Assembly: GCA_017499595.2 (NCBI GenBank)
Contig: CM039006.1
Coordinates: 2,666,001 to 2,730,000, forward strand
Length of the DNA: 64,000 nucleotides
Source of the DNA: Psilocybe cubensis
Taxonomy: Eukaryota
Reading direction: 5' to 3'
Positions 34,010-46,948 of the stretch are shown piece after piece (the stretch's first letter is position 1; every line of letters begins with the position of its first letter). A program made the translations under genes and the position numbers. The notes below the pieces were generated by a model. It did no database searches. It was given only the letters and a program-made list of their open reading frames with translations, and had not been told where the DNA came from.

Positions 34010-37000
34010 GAAGGGGGTCAAGAGTACCGCAGTAGAAAACCTTTTACAAGGAAATTCCACTACACCAACCCGTGTATGTATTTATTTACCGCCTTATCTA
34101 CAGTGTACAGCCGCTAACAGAACACTTTTAGAATGCATTTTCAACCCGATTGTTTCAATTCGGCTTCAATTACTTCTCGATGTTTGTGCCAGATTTACTA
34201 CATGAATTTGAGCTCGGTGTGTGGAAGGCCGTGTTCTCACATTTAATGCGCATCCTACATGCATATGCCGAGAACAGCATTCAAAAACTCAACGAAAGGT
34301 CTGTTCTATCTGGATAGACTATTAATTCAGTCTAACTAATACAATAACAATCTAGATATCGCCAGGTAGAAACATTCGGGCAAGACACAATCCGAATGTT
34401 TTCAACCAATGCTTCAGCCATGAAGAAACTCGCAGCGCGAGACTTTGAAGACCTGCTACAGGTTTGTTTTGATCTCATTTATTTGGTGTTATGCTCAATT
34501 TGGCATGCTTTGAAGTGCTCAATGCCAGTTTTTGAGGGCTTACTGCCTCGAAAACACGATGAATTTATACAGAATATGCTGTTTACGCTATGTACATGGC
34601 ACGCTTACGCAAAGCTGCGTCTTCAGACGACTTCGACGCTCAATGGGCTCAAATCCACTACAAAAACCCTTGGCAAACTCCTTCGGGGGTTCGCTAAAGA
34701 CATATGTCCACATTATGATACAGTTGAACTTCCCCAAGAAGAAGCCGCACGAGTACGCCGTCGAGCAAATGCTGTCAAGAAAGGCAAGATTCTACCAAAT
34801 TCTCGGCGTAAGACTCGTAACTCTGGGCCCATTGATGAGGATGATTCCACTACCCAGTCAAAGCGCCGAAAAGTCTTTAATTTATTAACATACAAACTCC
34901 ATGCTCTTGGAGACTATGTTGCCTCGATCTGGAGGTATGGACCAACAAGTGGCTACTCGACACAGATTGTAAGTCTTGTTTATTATGATTATTTTGTGAT
35001 TACTGATTCGTTTTTTATGGATCAAACCAATTATAGGGAGAGCTTGAACACCGAAGAGTCAAGCGCTTCTATGCCAAAACAAACAAAGGACGCACCTTTG
35101 AACGGCAAATTACAAGACATCAATGTCGAGAACGCCTTCTTCGTACAATTTCTGAACGTGAAAAAAGATCCAAAAAGACCTCAACGGATATATTACAACA
35201 GGCGCCTTCAAACTACTCTACATCAAATGTTTCCAATGCTCCACACGTTCCATTCATTGAATCAGATGCACTTCCACCTACTCTACCTCAGCTGCACCAT
35301 CATATTAGTGCCGACAAGCGCCTCAAAGATAATGTCCACCGCTGGCTTTACACAAATGAGGGTGATCCTGCTCTCAAGGTAAATTGTGTTGCTTGCCACC
35401 TCCTTTCTTGCCCTCTACAATTATTTAATCTTACGTTTAGAACTTTATACGCGACCTCAAGAATCACCTTTTATCTCGCCTTCTAGGGCATACCGCCGAC
35501 AGTGACGATTATCTGTATTACTCTGATGAAGACCGCTACAATGTGCAAATTGTCAACAACCTCATGTTCCGACACAAGCTGCTCAGAATCAATTACACCA
35601 CGTACGATGTGAGGCGCCAACAAGACACAATCAATGCTCGAACTCACGCCGATATTATGACACTATCGGGGAACACGGCTGACAATGCTCATCCATATGC
35701 CTATGGTCGAGTATTAGGTATTTTTCACGTTGATGTTCAGCATCGTGGACCTCTTTCAACATCAAACCAAACTCATCGGATGAACTTTCTTTGGGTAAGA
35801 TGGTTTGAACTTGATCCAAACTACGTTGGAGGCTGGAAGACTAAGCGACTTCATCGGGTTCGCTTTATCAATTCCTCTTCATCTCTAGCCTTTGGGTTTC
35901 TAGATCCTGCAGATGTCATACGTGCATCTCATCTGATACCAGCTTTTGCACACGGGCCTACTGAGGAATATCTAGGTCCATCTATTGCCCGGCCTGTTCT
36001 CAAAAACCGAGTCAATCTGCTGAATCAAGATTGGCGATTCATGTATATTAATATGTAAGTCGTTCTCCAAGCTACTACTAATCGTAGTGTCTTATTGACT
36101 CCGGTGTAACGGGCAGGTTTGTTGACCGCGATATGTTTGTGAGATACCTTGGTGGCGGAGTCGGTCACTATACAACAAATGAATACACCATAAACCTCCG
36201 GCCTGACGATCACGATGTTCGGAATGTGTTTGTGGTACCTCACCATGGTGTAGACGATACAGGAGTTCATCTAGAAGACGAGGATGAAAGCATGGACTGG
36301 CTGGATGAAGAAGATACACACCTCCTGAGCAATGATGCCGATGAGCGCCATTTCTCCGAGGCTGACCCCGATGATTTCAACTCTGAAGATGATGACTGGG
36401 GTTATAAATCCCCTACCCACTCGTGCGACGGCTCAGACGATGAGACAGATCATTTGGATGATAGTGAAAGTGATCATGGGGAGGATCTTGGTGGGTCTGC
36501 GGGCACTATGGACGATGATGGTGTTGGTGGTGGTATGATTTATGAGCCCAACATTGGTGCGGAGGATGGCGAAGAGCCGTGGGAGATGGGTGATGAAGAG
36601 GCGGAAGGCTACGGTATTCTATAAGGCGGTTGTAACTGTATATCTACTAGATGCTAAATTGAATTTGTATTCCTCCCACTTCTTGAGTTGGATAGTGTTT
36701 GACCCCGTACAAATGGGTACAGGCCAGTGACAAGCCAGGTCATCTTGGACTTAAAGGCATTGAAGACAAAAATTGATCAACCTTGCATTTGAATGCATTG
36801 AAGTCAGAATTTTTGGGGCTGTTTTACATACAAACCACAAACTTTGCTGTGTGCTTCCAATGCATACCCAGAATTTTTCTATCTTAGATGAGACTCACCA
36901 TTATCATATTGCCAATAAATTCACAAATATAAATTGACGACAGAATGCAATGTCAGGCAGAAAATTATACTTACATTGGTTACTCTCTACCAAAATCTTA

Positions 37001-37977
37001 CCTCTCTTTTAAGGTCTTCCAAATATTTCTCGGGTATACGTTGTTCACCAAAAATTGTGGTTACTTTGGAAGGAAATGCAAAGTTATGTCAAAAATTGTA
37101 GTCACTTTGGACGTACATTGCATTGCCTTATTAATATCGTGAGACCTTGGATGGCGTACCCTGCAACCCATTCTTTTTGCCGATTTGCTGATGTCACTGT
37201 CACTGCACTGCACTCTGGCGGCAACACTACGTACAAATTCGTAGTAGGCGCCGATGGCGCTAAGAGCGTCGTGAGAAAGCAGCTTGGCTTGGCGTTTATC
37301 GGTGAGACGATGGAGCAGAGGATGATCGTGGGTGATTTCATAGGGGACGCCCCGTTCTTTATCAATGTGAGCACTTTGTCTGTGTTGTAGATTAATATGG
37401 CTGATTGAGCTTATCCAATTTTTTGGAGCAGAAATGGGGTTGGTGGAGAGACAATGAAGACAATGTGTAAGTTGCTGATTTAAACCATATTTGCGTAGTC
37501 TTTGCTGTTGAAAATCTGACTTTGTTACCATTATAGAACCGCTATACGACCCACTAATACACCAGGGAAATTCACATTTTTCACGGGTGGATATAAGAAC
37601 GTCAAATACGCCGAAATCTGCTCGAGTGATGACGCGGTTAAAGAATCTATTCTCAAGGGGACTGGAGGAAGGACCGATATAAAGATTGAGGAGTTTGTAT
37701 GGAGATCCCCTTACAGGTAAAGTCTTTTTAAAGCTTCAATGTGATGTATTAAACACCGATTTTGAAATAGGGTGAACGTACGTATGACCGAGACTTTCAG
37801 AAAGGGAAGGGTGTTCATTGTAGGAGGTATGAATTTGTATCCATTCTTGGGTGTTTTATCAACTGATGAGCAACACGCACAGATGCCGGACATGTTCACA
37901 GCCCAGCGGGAGCTCAGGTACTAAGCGATTCTGACTTGCAAACTATTCATCTAATTAACGCGATTGCAATTCTGTAG

Positions 37978-38772
<795 letters not shown>

Positions 38773-40107
38773 TAGAAAATCATAATTTTTTCCTGGCCCA
38801 ATGCACCAGACGGCATGATTTAAGGTAGTTTGAACATAAATTATCCTCCTGAATGCGGGTCCTCCGTGTATCCTAGATATAGTTTGTGTACATGCAAACC
38901 GCTTACGCCCGGTGAATAAAAGATTTACAGAATCCCAACTTTGGAGTGAAAATCAGAGTAAAATGTCGTTGAACAGTTCGTTTGAGAGTTGTGATCGGCG
39001 TGGATTAGTAGGACTTGAATCTGTACCCGCAGTTTCGAAACAGCATGACAGTAGAAGCAACTGATGTAGCGCACCGGCTCCAAATTTGCTTAACCACTTG
39101 TTCAAAAGGCTTTGATCGACTGTACATGGCGAGTCAAAATTAGTATGAAGGAAAAGAAGAGGACTTTACGATTTATCGATTTCGTTGGATTCTGATCAGC
39201 CTCTGCTGTGCTTAGGGCGAAAGATCCAGCTGCAACGAGCAAGGTGAATATAACCGATTTCATGGTCACCCAACCACAAAGCAGGATGATATCTTTAAAG
39301 AGTGTGGTAGCGTGAAATAGGTGGGCAAGATTCAGATGGTGGGCTGACCGTTATGTACTGCCTTTTATTCTGATGGCCCTGGCCCTGACTTCAGTGGCTG
39401 ACTCCATCAAAACGATGTCTGTACAAGGTCTTGGCAAGATTTGAATGGGTCGTGATAACCAATTGCCTTCCAGGTTTTCACTGAAGGTGCAGTAAATCTC
39501 TCCATCAAAATAAAAACATGAATGGGTCCAATATGTGAATTCTATAACACTAGTACGTGATCAAGATGATTGCTCGAAGTAGTAAGCAAACGCCCATGAG
39601 ACATATCGAACATAATTTATTCAGTACGCCTTCTAGATCCTCCTCACCCAGTATCGCCTCCTTTAAATTTTACAGACCCACCGCCTTTCCCCGAGACAAG
39701 AACCAATGAGGATCGACGACAAGATCACGGACGGGATACGGTGCTTTCAGAGTCCTATGGCCGTGGATAACGACAAGATCACCAGCGCCATTGGATGGTC
39801 CGAGACCCGGCGCAACGCTCAAATGTCCGGAATATATCCATGATTGTCATCGGACGAGAAAACGAGAGAACGACCTAGATGATGCAACGTGCGCTGGCCA
39901 AAGGTTTAAGCCACGAAAAGGACTATTTAAGCCACGAACTTGGGAAAAGACAGGGGCCGGACCTGTTGTAGGCTAAATAAGCGGAAGTCCCACGGGCAGA
40001 ATGTGGGACGGCCAGGGACGGCTCCACACGGGGCTCTGGTCCGCCTCCAGACTATAAATCCGTGAACGCAATCTTATCTGTATTCGACTTGCAAATCTTG
40101 GACCACC

Positions 40108-42180
40108 ATGACTTCCCCAGCTTCAGGCAAGTTCATGTACACAACAAACCTGGTTATCGCTTACAGAGAATGTTATAGATTACCCCGCCTGGAAGACTCT
40201 CCAGAATCTGTATGATACCACCCGCGAGTCCATTGTGCTCAAGGAACTCTTTGCATCGGACCCGCAGAGATTCGCAAAGTTCTCCAAGGAGTACAACTCG
40301 ACCTATGGCCCGCCAGTGCAGATTCTTCTCGACCTATCCAAGAACTTGATCACCGAACCCGTCCTCGGTGCCCTGCTCCAGCTCGTGCGCGAAGCTGGCG
40401 TCGAGAAAGTCCGGGATGCCATGTTCGCAGGCGAGCACATCAACACCTCCGAGGACCGCGCGGTGCTCCATGTTGCTCTGCGCAACTTCACCGACGGCGG
40501 GCTCTCGATCGCGCCGAATGAGGCGGGCGTGAACGAGGTCGACGGCGTGCGTGCGCATATGAAGGAATTTTCCGAGGCGGTGCGCTCGGGCGCGTGGAAG
40601 GGATACACGGGCAAGCCTATCGACACCATCGTGAACATCGGCATTGGCGGTTCCGATTTGGGCCCTGTTATGGTTACTGAGGCCCTCAAGCCGTACGCGA
40701 AGCGCGATTTGAAGGCGCACTTTGTGTCCAACATCGACGGTACACATATCGCGGAGACGCTCAGGGAGTGTAACCATGAAACAACCCTCTTCATCATCGC
40801 CAGCAAAACCTTTACCACACAGGAGACCATCACGAACGCGGAGACGGCCCGCAGCTGGTTCCTCCAAGCTGCAGGGGGCGCGAGTGCACAATCGCACATC
40901 GCGAAGCACTTCGTCGCGCTCAGCACCAACACAAAGGCGGTCACCGCCTTTGGAATTGATGCAAAAAATATGTTCCAGTTCTGGGACTGGGTCGGTGGAA
41001 GGTACAGTCTCTGGAGTGCCATCGGTCTCTCGATCGCTTTGGTCATTGGCTGGGACAATTTCGAGGACTTGCTCAAGGGTGCACATGGAATGGACAAGCA
41101 TTTCAAAGAGACTCCTCTCGAGCAGAATCTTCCGGTGCTAATGGCTGCCATTGGTATCTGGTACAATGATTTCTACGGTGCGTGTCGCTCTGTTTTACCT
41201 GGGGTCACTGCTGATGAAATTATAGGCGCCCAAACGCTCGCTCTATTGCCGTACGACCAATACTTGCACAAATTCGCGGATTACTTCCAACAGGTACGTA
41301 TCATGACTGGTACCACGACATATGGCCCTTTGTTTCTCTTTCTGTATTTTTGTTGTTACAAAATCTCATTTTTGCATTCCTCCAGGGAGATATGGAATCG
41401 AACGGAAAATCTATTACCAAAGGCGGACACAAAGTCGACTATCAGACAGGGGTGCGTATTTCTTCCTTACTTTTCTCGTCTCTCGTCACCGTCTCCTGAC
41501 CTCCAAAAAAAATTCATCCCTCAGCCAATCATCTGGGGCGCATCCGGCACAAACGGCCAACACTCGTTCTACCAGCTCGTACACCAAGGCACAAAACTCA
41601 TCCCCACCGACTTCCTCGCGCCCGCTACGACACACAACCCGATCGAGCACTCCAAGCACCACCGCATCCTGCTCTCCAACTTCTTCGCCCAGCCCGAGGC
41701 GCTCGCGTTTGGAAAGACCGAGGAGGAAGTTAGGAAGGAGCTGGGCAAGGAGGGCGAAGGCAACGAGGCGCTGGTGAAGAGCAAAGTCTTCGCTGGGAAC
41801 CGTCCAAGCACGAGTATCATGTTCCCGCTCCTCACGCCCGCGGTGCTCGGTGCGCTGATTGCGCTGTATGAGCACAAGATCTTCGTGCAGGGTGTTGTGT
41901 GGGGTATCAACTCGTTTGGTGAGTCGCGTTTTGTGCTGGGTTTTGTGGGTTTTATGTGGTTAGGAATACTTACCGTTGGATGTGTAGATCAAATGGGTGT
42001 CGAGCTCGGTAAGGTGCTCGCGAAGAAGATTCTCGCCCAGCTCGAGAAACCTACAGATGTCGTCGGCCACGACAGTTCGGTGCGTCACGCACTCTTTTTC
42101 ACCATTCCCCTGTTCTTGCTGACTCGACCGTGTAGACAACGGGATTGATCCACTACTACCAAAAGCACAGAAAAGAGTGA
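40108..42180 (+). CDS. PGI1: Glucose-6-phosphate isomerase (spliced)
   Basis: [85 protein letters not shown]. Confidence 0.97.
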
Positions 42181-42874
42181 AGAAGATAACTTTTTTTTCG
42201 ATATTTAATGTTCAGGAGACCCTCGTCGATCGCAATTAGGATCAGGATAGATATAACCACTAGAGTCGAAAAGACGGGAGGACGAGGCAAAAAAAGCAGT
42301 AAAATATGTACTTGTATGAATCGATGGACAAACAACAGTGATTGTTTTTAATCAACCGTGGACCCAGTGTATCGTCTAGGTGACCTGATGATACATGACA
42401 ACACCTGTTCGATAGACGTGGATGTCGAGAGCTACCTTGTTGCCCCTGGTTCCACGGATGGATTGCAGAATTTTGGTCCATTGAACGAGATTCTGTGGTG
42501 CAGATCGCTAGTTATCGTCCGTAGGTGTCAGAGACCTGCTTGATCAAATCCAAGAGTATAGGTCGTAATAGGAGATCGAAGAAAACTCGGAATAACCCAA
42601 GTGTGTATTGCGTTATACAGCGATGATTACAGTAAGTAAAAATAGGAGAAGTAAAGCCCGAACAGATGAATGCATGGGAAGAAAGAGTGTATCTAATAAA
42701 TGGAGGGATATATGGGGAGAGGCAAACTTTTGAGGTAGACGATGGCGCCGGAATGTTTGAATAAATGCTAAACGTACAACTACAACGAAGGAATAAGTGG
42801 TGTAAAAAGGAGGTCAATATAACTAAAAAGAAAAACCCGAAGTATAAAGAGGACAAATGGAAGGAAGTGCGGCG

Positions 42875-44104
42875 TTAATCGACCTTCTTTGGTTCTTCAG
42901 TCTTTTTTCGTTCTAGCACCTCCACCCAGTTCTTCGGGAACCATCCTTCGCGCCCTTCTCTCGTTCGGCCTTTCCACCACTGGCCGCCCTCTACCTCTAT
43001 CCGTGGGTCAATTTCAGCTCCTGTGCGTGGATCAAGCTTGCCAGTGATCGCTACGATCTCGTTCTCTTTCAAAGCGAGTTCAGCGGGGTTGGATGGGTTG
43101 AATGGGTACAGAGCCCTTGCGAATGTAAGGGATGATGGATCAAGGGGAGGAAGCTGCTGGCCGGGAAGTAGGCCACCGTTGGCAGCTGCCTGAGCTTGCG
43201 CACGCTCTTTGAGGATATGGATAAGTTTCGACATGGCGTATGGTACACCGAAGATAGCGAGAAGGAAGAAGATGAGAGGCTTCTTGCTCGCTTTTGGAGG
43301 TGGTGGGCCCATGGGGCCCTGGACAGGTCGGCCGTTGATGAACTCCCTGAATTCGTGGTTCAGGTTACCAGCCCCACCTTGTGGTCGGCCGGTAATAAGC
43401 TCCCTCATCCACCTCAGCAAGCCAAATAGTCCCAAAACACTCCCTAGCGCATTCCGTAGCTGGCCGAATTGCTCTGCGACACCTACCATGGCGAAGAAAG
43501 ATGAGTGTGTGGCCATGAACGTCGACTCGAGCATCTGTGCGACACCTGTAAAGGTCTGCACAATTGAATGGAGTAGTGCGAACGTATGTTGCGTTGTTGA
43601 CTCCAATGTCTGTGTGAGCGATGGTGTGCCATCGGGGTTCAGAGGTACTCCGTTCGGGCCTACGCCCATGCCCATACCGTAGCCACCCATACCGCCCATA
43701 CCATAGCCTCCGTAGCCGCCATATGACCCTAGTCCGCCATAAGACCCAATGCCGCCGTATCCACCACCGTAAGACCCTAGCCCACCATAGCTGCCTAGTC
43801 CTCCATATCCACCGTAAGTCGATCCCAATCCGCCATAGGATCCGAGTCCTCCATATCCTCCACCATAAGTTCCTGCTCCTAGTCTCGAATATGGAGAAGA
43901 AGAATAAGGAGAGGTCAACGCTGTCGATGTGGTGCTCCCGAATGCCGCAGGCCGTTCGGGTACAGTTGGCTGAGACGACGATGCTGTGGCCGCGTTGCTA
44001 GCCGTTGTTGTTGTCGCTGTCGTTGCTGATGATGTAGTTGGCAAAGCAGAACTAGTCGCAGTCGCTGCCCCACCTCTCTCCCAGGGTTTTGGTGGAGATA
44101 CCAT
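42875..44104 (-). CDS. PEX13: Peroxin 13 (SH3-domain peroxisomal membrane protein)
   Basis: MVSPPKPWER start, YGG-rich region, AQMLESTFMATHSSFFAMVGVAEQF, TM segment, and SH3 (ARALYPF...WWKGR...EGWFPKNWV). Uninterrupted ORF. Confidence 0.95.
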   Translation of the reverse strand: MVSPPKPWERGGAATATSSALPTTSSATTATTTTASNAATASSSQPTVPERPAAFGSTTSTALTSPYSSSPYSRLGAGTYGGGYGGLGSYGGLGSTYGGYGGLGSYGGLGSYGGGYGGIGSYGGLGSYGGYGGYGMGGMGGYGMGMGVGPNGVPLNPDGTPSLTQTLESTTQHTFALLHSIVQTFTGVAQMLESTFMATHSSFFAMVGVAEQFGQLRNALGSVLGLFGLLRWMRELITGRPQGGAGNLNHEFREFINGRPVQGPMGPPPPKASKKPLIFFLLAIFGVPYAMSKLIHILKERAQAQAAANGGLLPGQQLPPLDPSSLTFARALYPFNPSNPAELALKENEIVAITGKLDPRTGAEIDPRIEVEGGQWWKGRTREGREGWFPKNWVEVLERKKTEEPKKVD

Positions 44105-45104
44105 TGTGATAGTTGGAAAAGGGAGATAAATGAGATGGCGGTGGGGAGAGAAGAGGTGTTGTGACTGTGACCTCTTCCCGGTCAATGTGATTACCGGTGT
44201 GACGTGTGTGATAACGGGAATCAATTGCCGAGCCCGAACCAATACGGCAACATACGGCCACAAAAATATGGAGGGGCAATTATGTTTCCTATGTTCTTGA
44301 CGTATTTTCTGGAATATATGCAGCTTTATTCCCCAATTTTGCAACCTTACAGCCCATTTATATAATGAAAGGAACATTTGATGCTGCTCAAAGTTATCAT
44401 ATAACCATTGTTTACAGACTCTCAAGAGTTTCTCGAATCCCAGAACTTCCGAAAATGTCAAAGTTAGTTGCGGTATGCCCAGGATCTAGCTGCAGTACTA
44501 TACCTTTTATGATATCCGACTCCACCATAGAAGACAGCAAATACTTCTAGCGCCACGTCATTCTCCGATTCGACCTCGACAATTAATTTTGACGCAGTGG
44601 ACAACAACAGTATCCTTAGGATATCTGAATAGTGAGGTATAACTGCGACACTTTTTCTGTTATGGATCAAGGCAGTGAGTTAAGCAGGTAATGCTAGAAC
44701 ACATAATTCTGAACTGTAAACTAGTAAATAGCCATCGACTTCAAAATATAAATGGACAAAATCATCCACAAACACGATCATCATTCGCAAAGTAAAATTA
44801 TAGATGAAAAATAAAAAGCAAAAAACACTATTTGAGTGTCTTGTTTTTTCTAACCATGGTTATATAGATTTTTATGGCAGTTAACTGATGCAAAGAACAT
44901 GCCAGTGGAGTCGGTGTGACCTCTTGATGAACCGGCGATCAATCGGCACATTTGGAGCGGAGATTGAATGAGCCATTGCCGTCTCTTTGTACAAGAAGCA
45001 TTGTCAAAGAAAGGTTTATGGGTATTTTCATACCGATAGACCTATTCCCTAAATCAAACATTAAAAATTGACGATGATACCCCGCATAGAAAATAACGAT
45101 GGTA

Positions 45105-45341
45105 GGCGAAGTGTAAGAGTGGCGTTTGCGCCTGGGTCGCATCGCTAAAAGTTGACAGAGCGTTCCTTCGTTTATAAACCGCCGTCCATAAGAAGAATAC
45201 CCGAAATGAATGTTTTAGCGATGCGACCCAGGCGCAAACGCCTCTCTTACACTTCGCCGACGAGCCATTGGGGTAGGTTACTGGCGTTTGCGCCTGGGTC
45301 GCATCGCTAAAACATTCATTTCGGGTATTCTTCTTATGGAC
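45105..45341. repeat. Overlapping inverted repeats (three copies of GGCGTTTGCGCCTGGGTCGCATCGCTAAAA)
   Basis: 45184-45242 is the perfect reverse complement of 45283-45341 (59 bp). 45105-45150 pairs nearly perfectly with 45213-45258. Confidence 0.9.
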
Positions 45342-45635
45342 TGACATTTTGTTAGACTTTGAGAGTTTAGAGCCTGCAAACGCGACTGAAGCCGGGCAAT
45401 GAGAACTAACATCCGATGCAACCACATTAGCTGCTTTATTAAAGCACCTCCTACTACAAGACATTGCTGATAAAAATTCACCCCAACATAGAGTTTGTCA
45501 ACGAATCTAGAGTAAACAGTGTACATATTCAGGAAAAAATGTCCTTATTAATGCCTGACCTGAATCATGGACAATAAACAGGAATTTAAAACAATGATGT
45601 TAGAATCACTCAATCAGGTGATGACGGAAAAGATA

Positions 45636-45707
45636 CGGTCAGGACTGGAATTGAACCAGTGACTCCCGGCTATATATGCCAATGCTCTACCACTGAGCTA
45701 CATGACC
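45636..45707 (-). pseudogene. tRNA-like sequence (tRNA pseudogene or tRNA-derived element)
   Basis: GGTCATGTAGCTCAGTGGTAGAGCATTGGCATATATAGCCGGGAGTCACTGGTTCAATTCCAGTCCTGACCG folds as a cloverleaf with A and B boxes, but the anticodon loop ATATATA is abnormal and the acceptor stem has a mismatch. Confidence 0.7.
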
Positions 45708-46046
45708 CATGGGTAGATAGAGAGTTATATGTCAACAAATGACTGGTAGTTTCTGTGCGTAGCAATGTCCCACCTTACACGTTGGCTTCGAATCTCACAC
45801 ATAGTGACATTGTTGTTCTCCTATGCCAACGCATATACCGGTATTGCAAATTATGACAATTGAGACGCCAAGGTTGCACTCCTTGGAAGTTTCTTAGGTC
45901 AGAATATATGGATAAATTTCTCGGTCGAATAATCCCCTTGTATATGTGTTAATTCAGTTTCTTTATCCCATATTCTCCTCGTTCATAATACAAGTTCAGT
46001 TAATCTTTTGATTATATTACAGCGGCAACGAGATGAAACATGTCAA

Positions 46047-46948
46047 CTACCATGCCAGGTTCGATCCATCAAAGTTCCAAAATAGTCCTGTTTTCTCGAG
46101 AGCGAGAGCCTCGGATGTTTTGATCAAGCATGCAGCAGCTTCATCGGTGGTGAGTCGTGGTATCTGTGGTGCATATGTGGATATCCAGTCAGTGAGGCAG
46201 TCGCTAAGCTCCGTTTTCGTCCAACCTTCAAAAATCAAATTTCAGTACTGCCTACATTTGACATGACATAGGCCACCTACCTGGATGGATGGCAGCTGTT
46301 GTGACACCGTCATACTTCAAGGACGCGCCCCATTTACGCGTGAGCCTTTAGAGTTACAATTAACATTTCAAAGATACATTGGTGCGTCGACTCACATGTT
46401 CAAACTAGCTTTCCCAACGCTGTATGCGTTCATTTGGTTTACCATCACAAACGTGGTCTCGAAAGACGCCAGCACCGAGCTGACGAATATTATCTTCTTC
46501 ATTTCGCTCTTCTTAACCAGCGGGAGAAACGCGCGTGAGACGCGTAAAGGTATAACAGTGCTCAGCTGCATCTCATAACCGAATACATCAAGGTCAAGGT
46601 CCTCGAATTTGGTGCTCGGCTGTGGGTTCTTCGCGGCGTTGTTGATGAGGTAGTCGAGCCCGGATGGAAGGAGTGGGGTGGAAGCGATCACAGCCTTTTC
46701 TATGCTTGTTGGGCTCTCGATGTCGAGCTCGATTACCCTCAGTGTCTTAGGGTATCTTGCAGATAATGCAACGAGCGATGGAGCGGAGGCATTACGACTC
46801 GTGGCAATGACAAAATTGGAGTCATCTTGCAGCTGGACTGTATGGGTTTTACCATATCCTTTCAAGGTTCATGAAACCGACGTACCAAGGCTTCAACTGT
46901 GCTGTACCCAATCCCCCTATTAGCGCCGGTAATCAACCACGAAGGCAT
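46047..46948 (-). CDS. Short-chain dehydrogenase/reductase (C-factor/CsgA-like), spliced
   Basis: MPSWLITGANRGIG, LDYLINNAA, IIFVSSVLAS, YSVGKASLNM (YxxxK), IHPGWTKTEL. Confidence 0.92.

Larger units (their letters stand above)
25689..36624 (+). pseudogene. Plavaka-family DDE transposase, interrupted by an LTR retrotransposon
   Basis: N-terminal CxxC..H..C finger; SELYNSEAF, LMLWSDSTHLAQFGNASLWPIY, FPRFFTYSADYPEK, CPCPRC, DLLHEFELGVWK, KKLAARDFEDLLQ, YKLHALGDY, INYTTYDVRR, LWVRWF, FGFLDPADVIRASHLIPAF; acidic tail. The frame reads IYEQGK|GVKSTAVE across the LTR insertion. Confidence 0.9.
22389..37193. mobile_element. Plavaka (CACTA/CMC-related) DNA transposon, ~8.4 kb without the nested LTR element
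   Basis: Imperfect TIRs CATCAGGGAATCCGCGACAAG vs CATCAGCAAATCGGCAAAAAG (16/21), TC duplicated at 22387-22388 and 37194-37195, encloses a transposase and a divergent accessory gene. Confidence 0.8.
21828..37229. mobile_element. hAT-like non-autonomous element (~0.6 kb own sequence: 21828-22388 plus 37196-37229) carrying nested elements
   Basis: TIRs TAGTGTTGCCGCCAGAGCGCAGT and (reverse complement of right end) TAGTGTTGCCGCCAGAGTGCAGT. Perfect 8-bp TSD CGTACAAA at 21820-21827 and 37230-37237. Imperfect subterminal inverted repeats around CTTCACAG. Confidence 0.9.

Noticed and set aside
21828..37229. Whole 15.4 kb as one autonomous element whose Plavaka transposase makes 8-bp TSDs
   Set aside because: An inner TIR pair with its own 2-bp TSD (22389/37193) explains the transposase. 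No hAT or KDZ transposase is visible, so the outer element is best read as a separate MITE.
40303..41166. Long antisense ORFs over PGI1 (and similar ones over PEX13, the S/T-rich genes and DUF2264)
   Set aside because: Expected shadows of biased codon usage and low-complexity coding sequence; no independent protein features.
44105..44461. 118-aa N-terminal extension of the PEX13 ORF
   Set aside because: The conserved PEX13 start MVSPPKPWE is at 44104; the upstream part reads like promoter/UTR.
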